Positions 10,310 to 19,459 of a stretch of 64,000 nt of DNA are shown piece by piece. The position numbers and the translations under genes are program-made. A model generated the notes under the pieces. That model had not been told where the DNA came from, ran no database searches, and worked only from the letters and a program-made list of their open reading frames with translations. The DNA comes from Candidatus Latescibacterota bacterium (lineage in GTDB: Bacteria > Latescibacterota > UBA2968 > UBA8231), in assembly GCA_965223905.1 (NCBI GenBank), contig CBDCXV010000009.1, forward strand, positions 832,001-896,000. Direction: 5' to 3'. Position 1 is the stretch's first letter. Every line of letters starts with the position of its first letter.

Positions 10310-10810
10310 TTACCCCTGGGTCAACGCCTCCCTCCGTTCCTCCAACGCCTCCTGCAGTTCCTCCAGATACGGAAACCGCCTTTCCTCGAGCTCGGAGGCC
10401 AGGGTCTGATACTCGGCCCATTCGGGCGGCAGGACGGCTATCTGAGCGCCGGCCAACCGGGTGTCGGAGGTGACTTTCATTCCGGGGTCCCATTCGCTGG
10501 CGGGGCAGGCATGAATCGCCCTGCCCTCCTTCGTAGCGCGCACTACCACGGCCAGTTGCCACCTGCCCCCTTCGGGTTGCTTCACGCCGACGACGTGGCC
10601 CTTGCGGACTTTCAGTTCGGTGCCGTCGACCAGGGGCACGTGCTTGATCTCCCCGAGGTTTTTCCGAAGGCGCTGATAGTAGGACTTCCAGCGATTGTTG
10701 GCCTTGTTCCCCTGTCGTATCCCTGAGCAGGCCTCGGAGCAGGTCTTGACGTTCGGCTTTTCTCTCAGCCGGGCGGCTGGAATGGTTTTTGGACACACAC
10801 TGCACTTCAT
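10310..10810 (-). CDS. Hypothetical protein with N-terminal Zn-finger-like motif
   Basis: MKCSVC...TCSEAC; purine-rich RBS. Confidence 0.6.
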   Translation of the reverse strand: MKCSVCPKTIPAARLREKPNVKTCSEACSGIRQGNKANNRWKSYYQRLRKNLGEIKHVPLVDGTELKVRKGHVVGVKQPEGGRWQLAVVVRATKEGRAIHACPASEWDPGMKVTSDTRLAGAQIAVLPPEWAEYQTLASELEERRFPYLEELQEALEERREALTQG

Positions 10811-10873
10811 GGTCTTTCCCTTTCCCTCTTTGGTATCCACTCCCTGGTATACTGGGGCGGTCCTGCTCCCCGT

Positions 10874-11065
10874 TCACAGCAGCCCCCTCAGGACACGGAG
10901 GAGGCGATTGAGGATGCGCCAGCCCAGGGCGGCTTTCCTGTTGCGCTCGATCCACTCGGCTTTGAGGCGCCCGTTTTCCCGGCGTCGCTCGTCGGCCGCC
11001 TCCTGGTCGACCGCGGCGGCGGCCTCGAAATCCCGTGGCGTCAGGGGTTTCCGTTCCTCCTCCAT
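10874..11065 (-). CDS. Small hypothetical protein
   Basis: 63-aa ORF with GGAGG upstream, in operon. Confidence 0.5.
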   Translation of the reverse strand: MEEERKPLTPRDFEAAAAVDQEAADERRRENGRLKAEWIERNRKAALGWRILNRLLRVLRGLL

Positions 11066-11120
11066 TTCGTCATCGCCTCCCCGGTGTTCCCCTAAAGATT
11101 GTCTGCCTGCGGGCCGGTAC

Positions 11121-11611
11121 TCAAGCCGGCGGCCCGCTTCTCAGCACGGTCACGGTCCCTTCCTCGTCGGTGAGGGTCAGGGTGTCCCCTGCGACCTCGA
11201 AGAAAAGCGGCGTGTCCTCGATGAGGCCGGCCTCCATGTCGGCGAGGATCTCCTCCCGCGCGGCGGCGATCTCCTCGCCGGTCAGCTTCTCGCCGGTGAT
11301 CTCCTCCATCGCGGCCACCAGCAGGGCCACCAGCTCGTCGACCAGCTCCTCCTGCGTCTGCCCGTTGAAGGTCAGGGTGGAAGGATCGACGGTGACCCGC
11401 AGGGAGTCCCCGTCCGTCTCCCACGTCCCCGAGTACTCGACGGTCAGGGTGTCGGTGCCCAGGGGGATCGTGGCGGACACCGACATACGGCATCGTCGCC
11501 CAGGTGCAGGATCAGGCCCTCGCCGTCCTGTTCGGTCTCCCACGTCCCGACCTGCGCCGTGCTTGCGCCGGCCAGCATCCCGACGAGGGCGAGGGTGATA
11601 GCTGCTCTCAT
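11121..11611 (-). pseudogene. Secreted acidic protein, frameshifted near 11490
   Basis: Signal peptide MRAAITLALVGMLAGASTA then VGTWET; continues in another frame (SGTWETDGDSL..GDTLTLTD). Confidence 0.55.
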
Positions 11612-11625
11612 GATGATTCTCCTTG

Positions 11626-11684
11626 CGGTTTCTTGGACGCGGCGGAAGTGCCGCGCCCTCATCAGCCCGTTGATTCGGGGACCG
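11626..11684 (-). ncRNA. Type III hammerhead ribozyme-like RNA, copy 1
   Basis: Minus strand: CGGUC|CCCG-aaucaa-CGGG CUGAUGA GGGCGCGGC-acuucc-GCCGCGUCC aa GAAA CCG. Confidence 0.7.
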
Positions 11685-11721
11685 ATTCAGGGGGAGCGCC
11701 GGCAAACGCTCCCCCTTGCCA

Positions 11722-13745
11722 TCAACCGCCGTCGCCGGGGTTGGGATCGAAGCCGGGAGGCGTCCAGCGCCGCACGCGATCCTTGGCCCGGTCGGACAGC
11801 ACTTCGCCGTCCGGGTTGCGGAAGATCGCCTCTGCGTGCTCGGCCAGCTCGCCCTTCTTGTAGCCCCTGAACCCATCGGCCCATTCCTCGTCGCCGGTTT
11901 CGGCCATCGTCGTGAGGATGGCTTTTTTGGGGATGCGGTTCCAGAACACCTCCTTGGACAGCCGGACCTCGGCAAACGGCGGCCCGAGGCGCTCGATGGC
12001 GGCTTCCAGCTCGACGGCCCTGCCGGTCTCGATGCCGAGTTGGTTGGTCAGCATCGAGGCGACGCAGAAGGCGAGCACGTCCTGCTTGTCGTTCTCGGGG
12101 ACCTCGCAGAAGGCTTGCCAGCACTCCCGCACCGTGCGCTCCTCCTTCGTGGCCAGCCACGGCTCGTGGCGTTGGGTGAGGGCCGCCGCGATCTCCCGAA
12201 ACCGCGCCTCGCCGGGGTTGTTTTGGGCGAACCCGTCGTCGTTGGTGCGCGGCGGCGGATGCGTCGCCGTGACCTCTGCGGAAAGCTCCAGCGCGCGGCG
12301 GTCGTAGTAGAGGCGGTCGCCCAGCATCTGCCGGCCAAGCTGGAAGATGAGCAGGTCCACCGCAACGAGGGGCCGGGTGGCCAGTTCCGCCTTGACTATT
12401 GAGGTTCGGATGTGCTTCAGGTCGTCGGCCAGCGCCTGCGACACCCCGGCGTCCTTGCGGGCCTCGGCCTCCGGGTTGGACGCTGAGGGGGCCTTCGTCC
12501 GGGGCTTCACGGTGCCGTTGCCGGCGTGGCCGTTGCTGCCCGTTTCGACCACCGCCTGAGCGGCCGCCGCGTCGTCGGGACGGATCAGGCCGCTTTCCGC
12601 CCGGACCGTGCCCCCGTGGGCCAGGTAGATGCACACGCCGGACGCGGCCATCTGCTCGGGAAGGAACGCGGTCCGCTGCTCGACGGCGCCGGTGATCTCG
12701 TTGTGCTGCCGCTCCAGCCTTTCGTATTCGTCCTCGTCCCACTCGTCGCCGCCGTCGTCCTCGTTGTCGTCGTACGCCTCGTGCAAGGTGCCCATCTTCT
12801 CCTCAAGCTCTTCCAGCTTGGCGGCCTCCTCGGGCGTAGGCTCCGGCTCGGGGCGTGAAAGCGGCCGTAGCCGGCCAGCGCGGTGTAGTCGTACTCGAGC
12901 AGCACGTCGACCCACTTCCAGCCCTCCTTTTTCAACTCGGCGGCGACCTCGTTCAGCTTGCTTGTCGCCAGCGTTTTGAGCAGTTGCGGGTCGTCGATGT
13001 AGACGCCGGCCTCGTCGTTTTCCGCGAACAGGTCCCGCGTGACGGTGCCGCCTGCGGCCTCGTACGCCTCGACGCCGACGAACTGCACCGCCGCCGATCC
13101 GCCGTTCAGTTTCTCCTCGACCAGCGCCGAGCGGATCGAGCGCGGGTTGACGTGATAGTGGCCCTCTACCGCCTTGAAACACGTCAACTGCGCCTCGGGG
13201 TCCGGCGACACGGTGAAGGCCATCAGGGCCTCCAGGTTGAGCTCCTCGTCCCGGTAGGCTTGCAGCAGGTCGGGGTGGACGGTCGCCAGCCGCAGCCGCT
13301 TCTCGACGGTTACCGGGGTCACGCCGAAGCGCTCGGCGATCTCCTCGACGGTATGCCCGGCCTCGTGCAGCCCGCGGAAGGCTTCCACCTGGTCGGCGGG
13401 GTGCATGTCGGCGCGCACCACGTTCTCGACAAGGCTGATCTCCCCGATCTCGTCCTTGTCGCCCATGATGAGGCACGGTACCGGGTAGGTGTCGCGGTCG
13501 ATCTTGCCGGCTGCGGCCAAGCGCGTCAGCGCCCCGAGGCGACGGCCCCCGGCCACGACCTCGTAGGCGTCGTCGGCCTCGGGGTGTCCGGACAGCAGGA
13601 CGTTGAGGTTCTGACGGACCCCATGAGCCTCGATGGACGCTTCGAGCGAATCGTCGTCAGCCTGCGACGCGGGGGTGGTGCGGACGTTGTGTTGAGACAG
13701 GCACAGCTGTCTCAGCGGAATCATCTCGATGTGGGATACGGTCAT
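11722..13745 (-). CDS. ParB/Spo0J-like protein of mobile-element leading regions (frameshift near 12855)
   Basis: NVRTT, SIEAHGVRQNL, VVAGGRRL, SLVENVVRADMHPADQ, HTH; C-terminal half in a second frame. Confidence 0.8.
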
Positions 13746-13824
13746 GATTCGAATTCTCACCTCTCAGAGTCGTTAAGAGGGGCGGACGCGCCCTGGTATA
13801 CTCGGGCACGTCCGCCCCCCCGGT

Positions 13825-14193
13825 TTAGTCCAGCGGTTGCAGCCGCCGCGCCTCGATCTCGACGATCGAGTGCGGGTTGTCGTCGTCGTCCCGCCACGAG
13901 TGCGACGCCAGCCTGCCGGTGACGAACACCGGCGACTGCTTGCGGAGGCCGCAGGCGCCGTATTCGGCCTCCTTGCCGCGAGCGATGACGTTGAAGTAGT
14001 GGCATTCGTCCTGCCATTCGCCGTCGCGGTCGCGGTAGGAGCGGTGGACGACGAGCCGCAGGGACAGACGCGGCTGGCCCTCGTCGGTGATGCGGTACTC
14101 GGGGTCCATGTGCAGCCTGCCGGCGATGCACACCTGATTGACGGCGGGCATGGGCAGGGCCGGACGCGGCTCCTGTCGGGTCTGTTCGGTCAT
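13825..14193 (-). CDS. ssb: Single-stranded DNA-binding protein (lacks acidic tail)
   Basis: NQVCIAGRLHMDPEYR, GEWQD..YFNVIA.GK.AE, VFVTGRL..SW. Confidence 0.9.
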   Translation of the reverse strand: MTEQTRQEPRPALPMPAVNQVCIAGRLHMDPEYRITDEGQPRLSLRLVVHRSYRDRDGEWQDECHYFNVIARGKEAEYGACGLRKQSPVFVTGRLASHSWRDDDDNPHSIVEIEARRLQPLD

Positions 14194-14321
14194 GGGGTTC
14201 TCCATTTGGGTAAGGGGGGACAGAAGCGCACAGGCGAGCCCGTGCGCCCCTCTCGTTGGGATTCAGCCGGTTCTCCGGTATTTGTCCGGCAGCCGCCTGA
14301 TGGCTTTCTGGCCCCGGTGCA

Positions 14322-14873
14322 TCACGAAGTCGGCCCCGGCCTCAGCTGCCTGCCGGTAGACGTCGGCGATAGTCGGCCCGGCCCCGTGCCGATAGCGTCC
14401 GAACCGCCACTTGAAATGGAGGTTGCGGCCCGCGAAGCCTTCGACGGCGGGGTGGGGTCGACCTCGATGATCTGCGCGACGGACAGGTAGACTTCCGCCG
14501 CGTCGGCCAGCATCTCCCGCACTTGAGGGTCATAGGTCCGCTTGGTGAAGTCCGTCACCCGGTACAGGTCCAGCGGGAAGTCCAACGGGGCGGGGTCATG
14601 GTACACGAGCCCGTTCCGCTGCTCGTCGAAGCGGGCGATCCACACCCGCGCCTCGGCGGGAAGCAGCCCGGCCAGCAGGTTGCTGTTCTCGATGAATTGC
14701 CCGTTGTCGTAGGCGATCAGGTGAACGCCGCCGGTATCGCAGAAACAGCCGGTGGCCCGGTTCGCGGCCAGCGCCGCAGGGCAGGAGCGGCACTTGGCGA
14801 TCTGCCCGTGCTTGATGTCCCCGTCCCGGATCTCGACGGTGACACTCAGCGCGGGGGTCAGGTTGTTGCCCAT
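14322..14873 (-). CDS. Hypothetical protein (C-terminus possibly frameshifted)
   Basis: GAGGAG RBS; C..CPAALA motif. Confidence 0.5.
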   Translation of the reverse strand: MGNNLTPALSVTVEIRDGDIKHGQIAKCRSCPAALAANRATGCFCDTGGVHLIAYDNGQFIENSNLLAGLLPAEARVWIARFDEQRNGLVYHDPAPLDFPLDLYRVTDFTKRTYDPQVREMLADAAEVYLSVAQIIEVDPTPPSKASRAATSISSGGSDAIGTGPGRLSPTSTGRQLRPGPTS

Positions 14874-14937
14874 TCCGTTCTTTCCTCCTCAGCGTGATGG
14901 GCAGGGGGGCCGGCCCCAAACCGGCCCCCCTTGCCCT

Positions 14938-15117
14938 CTATGCAGCCGTGCGGCGAGCGGTGCGCCGCTGACGGGGGGTCGGGATGCCGTAGCGCCGGCA
15001 GAGCCGCCCGAAGCTGGACGGGGCGATCCCGAGGGCAGCGGCCGCGTCGCCGGTCGTGCGGTAGATCCGCGCCGCTTTCTCGATGCGCTCGGGCGGGTAG
15101 GCGGTTTGTTTGCTCAT
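14938..15117 (-). CDS. Small HTH protein
   Basis: ERIEKAARIYRTTGDAAAALGIAPSSFGRLCRRYGI; ATGA overlap with radC stop. Confidence 0.65.
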   Translation of the reverse strand: MSKQTAYPPERIEKAARIYRTTGDAAAALGIAPSSFGRLCRRYGIPTPRQRRTARRTAA

Positions 15118-15845
15118 ACGATGCCCGTCTCCTTCAGGCTGCAGAAATCCGAGCGGGCGATGATGATGTGATCGAGGACCTCGATGCCCATGATGAGCCC
15201 GGCCTCCCGGAGCCTGTGCGTCAGGTCGATGTCGTCCTTGGAGGGCGACACGTCCCCGGAGGGGTGATTGTGGGCGAGGATGACCGACGCCGCGCACTTG
15301 GCCACGCCGACCCGGAACACTTCGCGGGGGTGGACGATGGAGGCCGACAGCGAGCCGATGCTTACGACCTCCTTGTGGATCACCTGATTGCGGGCGTTCA
15401 GATACAGGCAGACGAAGAACTCTTTCGGTTCGTCCTTGATGTCGGCCAGCAGCGGAATCGTCTCGGTGGGGGTGCTGATGACGGGCAGGATGCCGATGCC
15501 GCGATCCAGCGCACGGCGGGCGATCTCGACGGCGGCCAGCAGACGCGCCGCGCGGCAGGACGTGACGCCGCGCAAGGCAGCCAGCTTGTCGACGCTCAGG
15601 TTGACCAGCTCACCGAAGTCGAAGCGCTCGGCGATCTCGCGGGCGTCCTCCTCGGTGCTGCCCAAGGCCACGGCGAGCAGCTCCGAATCGCGCATGGACT
15701 CGGCACCGTCCGAAATCAGCCGCTCGCGGCACGTAGGAGTCGCCAGAGGGCCGTCGTACACCGGGCCGGTCTCTGCTGATACCCTGTCGGCCCCGTGCGC
15801 CGGACGGGCGCAGGTGACGCGGTCTGCGGGGGTGTGCATCTTCAT
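15114..15845 (-). CDS. radC: RadC/JAB-domain protein
   Basis: KEFFVCLYLNARN, IVHPREVF, LAHNHPSGDVSPSKDD, VLDHII. Confidence 0.92.
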   Translation of the reverse strand: MKMHTPADRVTCARPAHGADRVSAETGPVYDGPLATPTCRERLISDGAESMRDSELLAVALGSTEEDAREIAERFDFGELVNLSVDKLAALRGVTSCRAARLLAAVEIARRALDRGIGILPVISTPTETIPLLADIKDEPKEFFVCLYLNARNQVIHKEVVSIGSLSASIVHPREVFRVGVAKCAASVILAHNHPSGDVSPSKDDIDLTHRLREAGLIMGIEVLDHIIIARSDFCSLKETGIV

Positions 15846-15928
15846 GGCTATCCATTCTCCTTGACAGAGGGTGATGGTGTGTTGTGGGAGGGGGGGACCT
15901 TGCGCGGTCCTCCCCTCCCTTTTTGTGC

Positions 15929-16708
15929 CTACTCCAACAGCCGGCAGGCGATGCGGCCCAAGACTTCGCGGACCGCGTTCGTCGGCTCGGCGTGGATGAT
16001 CTCCTGCAGCTCGGCGGCGACCTCGGCCCGGACCTCGACGCAGACCTCGCCGCGCACTTCGTCGCGGATCCGCTGCCTGTGCCGGGTGGCCTCGGCGATG
16101 CGCTCCTGTTCCTCGACCACATCCCGCGCCCGCCGTACCTGTGCCTTCCAGTGCTCGCCGTTGAGGGTGTGCAGCCCGTTCTCGTACTGCGCCCGCGCCG
16201 GATGGCGGAAGCGCCGGAAGTCGAACGGTACCCAGTTGGCGAAGTCGGCCGCCGCCGCCTTCAGGATTTTCCCGGCGTCCATGCCGTGCTCGGGGTGCAA
16301 CTGAACCTCCAGCCGCTTGTCGAGAGGACGGGCGGCCAGTTCCAGCGCCACCCGCTCCAGCACGTCGAAGTCGCCGGCCCGGTCATAGGCGTCGATGGCG
16401 TTCTGAATCCAGTACTTGCACTGCACGTCGTCGGCCATCTTCACGGCGGTATCAAACTCGATGTCGTCCAGATCGCCGCCGGCGCGGATCTCGGCAGCCC
16501 GCCGCAGCCGCACCTTGCCCCCGTCGAAGCGGAACAGGTAGGCCGGCAGGGTCCACGGTTTCGCCTCGGCCGCCAGCGCGATGCAGGCCATCCGATCCCC
16601 GGCCAGCACGGCGGTGCGGTGCAGCTTGAGGAGCGTGTTATACGACCGCTTCACGGCGTCCCCTTGCCTGTCGTCAGCCCCGGCCCCGTTGCCGTTGGTG
16701 TGCTTCAT
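15929..16708 (-). CDS. Hypothetical protein
   Basis: 259-aa ORF with AAGGA RBS, GC3-rich codons. Confidence 0.65.
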   Translation of the reverse strand: MKHTNGNGAGADDRQGDAVKRSYNTLLKLHRTAVLAGDRMACIALAAEAKPWTLPAYLFRFDGGKVRLRRAAEIRAGGDLDDIEFDTAVKMADDVQCKYWIQNAIDAYDRAGDFDVLERVALELAARPLDKRLEVQLHPEHGMDAGKILKAAAADFANWVPFDFRRFRHPARAQYENGLHTLNGEHWKAQVRRARDVVEEQERIAEATRHRQRIRDEVRGEVCVEVRAEVAAELQEIIHAEPTNAVREVLGRIACRLLE

Positions 16709-16724
16709 CGGTTTTCGTCCTTTC

Positions 16725-16783
16725 CGGTTTCTTGCCCCCCGCCCGATTGCAGGAGGCTCGTCAGCCCGTCGATTCGGGGACCG
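16725..16783 (-). ncRNA. Type III hammerhead ribozyme-like RNA, copy 2
   Basis: Minus strand: CGGUC|CCCG-aaucga-CGGG CUGACGA GCCUCCUGC-aaucgg-GCGGGGGGC aa GAAA CCG. Confidence 0.7.
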
Positions 16784-16830
16784 AGCAGCGCCGGTGCCTG
16801 AGAGGGAGACAGGCCCCGGCGCTGAGATGC

Positions 16831-17472
16831 CTACCGGTACTTCAGATAGGCCGGTTTTCCGACCGAAACGGGCGGACCGAGCTTGAGGGGGAAGGATTCG
16901 CCGGCAAACTCCCGGCAGGGCGCGCACAGGCCGTCCGCATCGTCGGTGCCAGCAAGGCGGGTGTCGCAGCGAGGGCAGACCTTGCGCGAGCTGGCAGGGT
17001 CGGCAGCGCCGTCGACGAGGCCGACGGCCGTCAGGCCGGTCAGGTCCTCCAGCAGCGGCACCGCGGCGCGGTAGCGCTCGATCTTCATGGCCATCATCAA
17101 CGCAAGGCACTTGCCCTTTTCGCCGATCAGGTCCAACAGCGCTAGCACGATGGGCGCCTCGCAATCCTCCTCGGCCCATCCCGAGCCATTCAGGAAGCCC
17201 ATGAGCAGGTGAGCCGGCAGACGGTCCTGAACCTCGACGGACAGCCGCAGGCCGCCGTGGGAAGCCGTAGCGACGAGGTCGACGCCATCGGCGAGGGTGT
17301 CCGTGTGCTCGATCAAGCCCCACGGCGAAGACTTCGAGCAGCGGACAGGGTTGGAGAACTCGCTGTGCGAGGATCTTGTCGCCTTCGGCCAGGCCGACGA
17401 GGCAGGACACACCAGCATGTCGGCGCGCTCAATGAGCTTCAGGCCGCAAGTGCAGTGTCCGGGTTTACGCAT
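16831..17472 (-). CDS. DUF7007-like protein
   Basis: SPWG...LADGV..VATASHGGLRLS...WAEEDCE motif set. Confidence 0.7.
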   Translation of the reverse strand: MRKPGHCTCGLKLIERADMLVCPASSAWPKATRSSHSEFSNPVRCSKSSPWGLIEHTDTLADGVDLVATASHGGLRLSVEVQDRLPAHLLMGFLNGSGWAEEDCEAPIVLALLDLIGEKGKCLALMMAMKIERYRAAVPLLEDLTGLTAVGLVDGAADPASSRKVCPRCDTRLAGTDDADGLCAPCREFAGESFPLKLGPPVSVGKPAYLKYR

Positions 17473-17682
17473 GGTTTCAATCCTTTTCCGGTTGTGAGAC
17501 TCACGATGCCGCAGCGCCGGCATCGCAGGGTGTAGACGTTGGCCGGCACGCTGACCGAAGCCCAATCGCTAACCGTCCCGGCACAGGCAGGACCACACCC
17601 AACCGGGAACAGCGGCCCGCTTGCGCTCCATCGCATCGCGGGAGCGCCGCAGGGTTACGAGGGGTTTGTTGTCCATTCGGGA

Positions 17683-17877
17683 TCAGACCATGAAGTCGAG
17701 GTCGCCGCGAGCGACCGCAGCCATCAGCCGCAGCCGCTCCAAGCGAACGCGAAACACGAAGCGCCGGATGAAGGCATCGTGGCCGTCCGCCGTGTAGCCC
17801 GACAGCGGATAGAGCCGGACTACACGACGGACCGTGATCCCGTAGACCATCCATTCGAGATCGCGGGACACAGGCAT
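17683..17877 (-). CDS. Small hypothetical protein
   Basis: TGATG coupling to upstream ORF. Confidence 0.45.
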   Translation of the reverse strand: MPVSRDLEWMVYGITVRRVVRLYPLSGYTADGHDAFIRRFVFRVRLERLRLMAAVARGDLDFMV

Positions 17878-18332
17878 CAGGCCACCGCCGCCTCGACGAA
17901 GGGTTGAGCATCGATGAAGGCGCGCCTCATGCCTTGCGCCTTGGCCATGCGGAACAGGAAACCCGGATCCAACATCTCGCAGCACTTCGATACTTCGATT
18001 TCACGCCGGAAGGTGTCCGCATCGAGACCGGACAGGGTGTCGTGCATTTCCCTTAAGCACGCCTCGACGCCGACCGCATTTACGGTAGGGTCCATCGAGC
18101 ACACGATGGCCGCCCCGAGGTGCTCGACGAACACGGGAGGGGTCAGCCCCTTCAGGTAGTCGACGAGGTTCCAATCGTCTTGTCGCGATGCAGCCTGCGA
18201 GAGCGTCAGTAGGTCCGAAACCGGCAGGTCCCGAAGGGCCACCGCCTCGCCGTCGTCGAGCACGGCCACGTCCTGCTGCAAGTCGACGGCGCGGAGGTTG
18301 TCATAGGTCAAACCGTTCGTGATCTGAATCAT
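17877..18332 (-). CDS. Hypothetical protein
   Basis: GGAGG RBS; ATGA coupling to upstream ORF. Confidence 0.6.
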   Translation of the reverse strand: MIQITNGLTYDNLRAVDLQQDVAVLDDGEAVALRDLPVSDLLTLSQAASRQDDWNLVDYLKGLTPPVFVEHLGAAIVCSMDPTVNAVGVEACLREMHDTLSGLDADTFRREIEVSKCCEMLDPGFLFRMAKAQGMRRAFIDAQPFVEAAVA

Positions 18333-18484
18333 GGCGCCGCCCTCCATGCCTGAAAGGCCGCATCGAGCGCACCGCCCGTCAGCCGGTTGACGGCGAGCAG
18401 GGCGAACATCACGGCCATGAAAGCCGCGAACACATAGTCCTCCTTGCCCAACCGGAACCGACCCCGAGTGCATCGGTTGGCCAT
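18329..18484 (-). CDS. Small membrane protein, first gene of early operon
   Basis: MANRCTRGRFRLGKEDYVFAAFMAVMFALLAVN.. 51 aa with one hydrophobic helix. Confidence 0.45.
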   Translation of the reverse strand: MANRCTRGRFRLGKEDYVFAAFMAVMFALLAVNRLTGGALDAAFQAWRAAP

Positions 18485-18530
18485 GTCTCTTGTCGTCCTG
18501 TTGGGGTGAGTGAAAGCATCTTGCCCCGGG

Positions 18531-18559
18531 ATAATACGTAACTACCCCACGTAGGGCAA
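18531..18559 (-). promoter_or_regulatory. Putative sigma70 promoter of the minus-strand operon
   Basis: TTGCCC-17 bp-TATTAT on minus strand; the -35 hexamer recurs inverted at 18521-18526, flanking the -10 (possible operator). Confidence 0.55.
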
Positions 18560-19148
18560 CTCTTTTTTCGTAAGGGTGCAGGACGTTTCGCGAAACCGGC
18601 CACATAAAGGCTCAGGCGGTTTCGCTGAATAGCGGGGCGGTGCTGGACAATGCAAGCGCCGCCAGGACGTTTCATTAAGTTGCGAATTTAGCCCGGACAG
18701 CGCCGCGTCCGCCCGCCTCGGGACCGCTTGCCCCTGCTGGACCCCGTTCCGGGAGAAAGGAGGAACGCTCGAAGGAGAGCCCGATCACAAGGCCGGGGGC
18801 CTATCCTTGCGCTGCTTTATAGCGCCAGGATAGAGAGAAGGGGGACGCTCTTCCTCAAAGATCGTCCTTGGTACCTGGGCGGTTTTCAGTGCAACAACCA
18901 ACACCCGGGGGGGGGGTGAACAATTGAGACACCCCCGGTCAGGGGGGTATCCTCACGCTGTTTTTTGACCCGTCGCAGAAACGAATCCAACTTATGACAA
19001 TACTATGGCCATTTTGATTATCCCTATACTTCATAAGGAGTTATCAGAGTTTTCAGGATTGGACTCCTTTTCTCGTTTTTGTCACATATTCCATTCGAAC
19101 GTCGATTTGCACCTGGAAATAGGGAAATCCACGAAAAAGGGGTGAACA

Positions 19149-19457
19149 ATGGCTCGAGGACGCCTCTGGACGCCGGAAGAGGACGCACAAATCCGCCGGA
19201 TTGCCGGTTCGGATCCTGGCTACCTGGACCGTGTTGGGCAGCTCGCCGACGAGTTCGGCCGAACCCCCGAGGCCGTGCGCCGACGTGCTCAGCGCATCGG
19301 CGTTCACCGGCAGCAGTCAAACCCCACCCAAGAGAAGACGGCGCCTGTGCCCAGGGCGCCCGCACCTCCGCCTCCGCAGCCTGTTGAGGAGCCGATCGGC
19401 GCCCCTTACCCGGATGGTGAGATCGTCTACTGGAACGAGTTCGATACCATGGTCTGA
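19149..19457 (+). CDS. Myb/SANT-like HTH protein
   Basis: WTPEEDAQIRRIA...LADEFGRTPEAVRRRAQRIG. Confidence 0.7.
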   Translation: MARGRLWTPEEDAQIRRIAGSDPGYLDRVGQLADEFGRTPEAVRRRAQRIGVHRQQSNPTQEKTAPVPRAPAPPPPQPVEEPIGAPYPDGEIVYWNEFDTMV

Positions 19458-19459
19458 GA

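Noticed and set aside
14875-14900. CTGAGGAG-GAAA on minus strand as a minimal hammerhead
   Set aside because: No stem II; it is simply the RBS of the 14873 ORF
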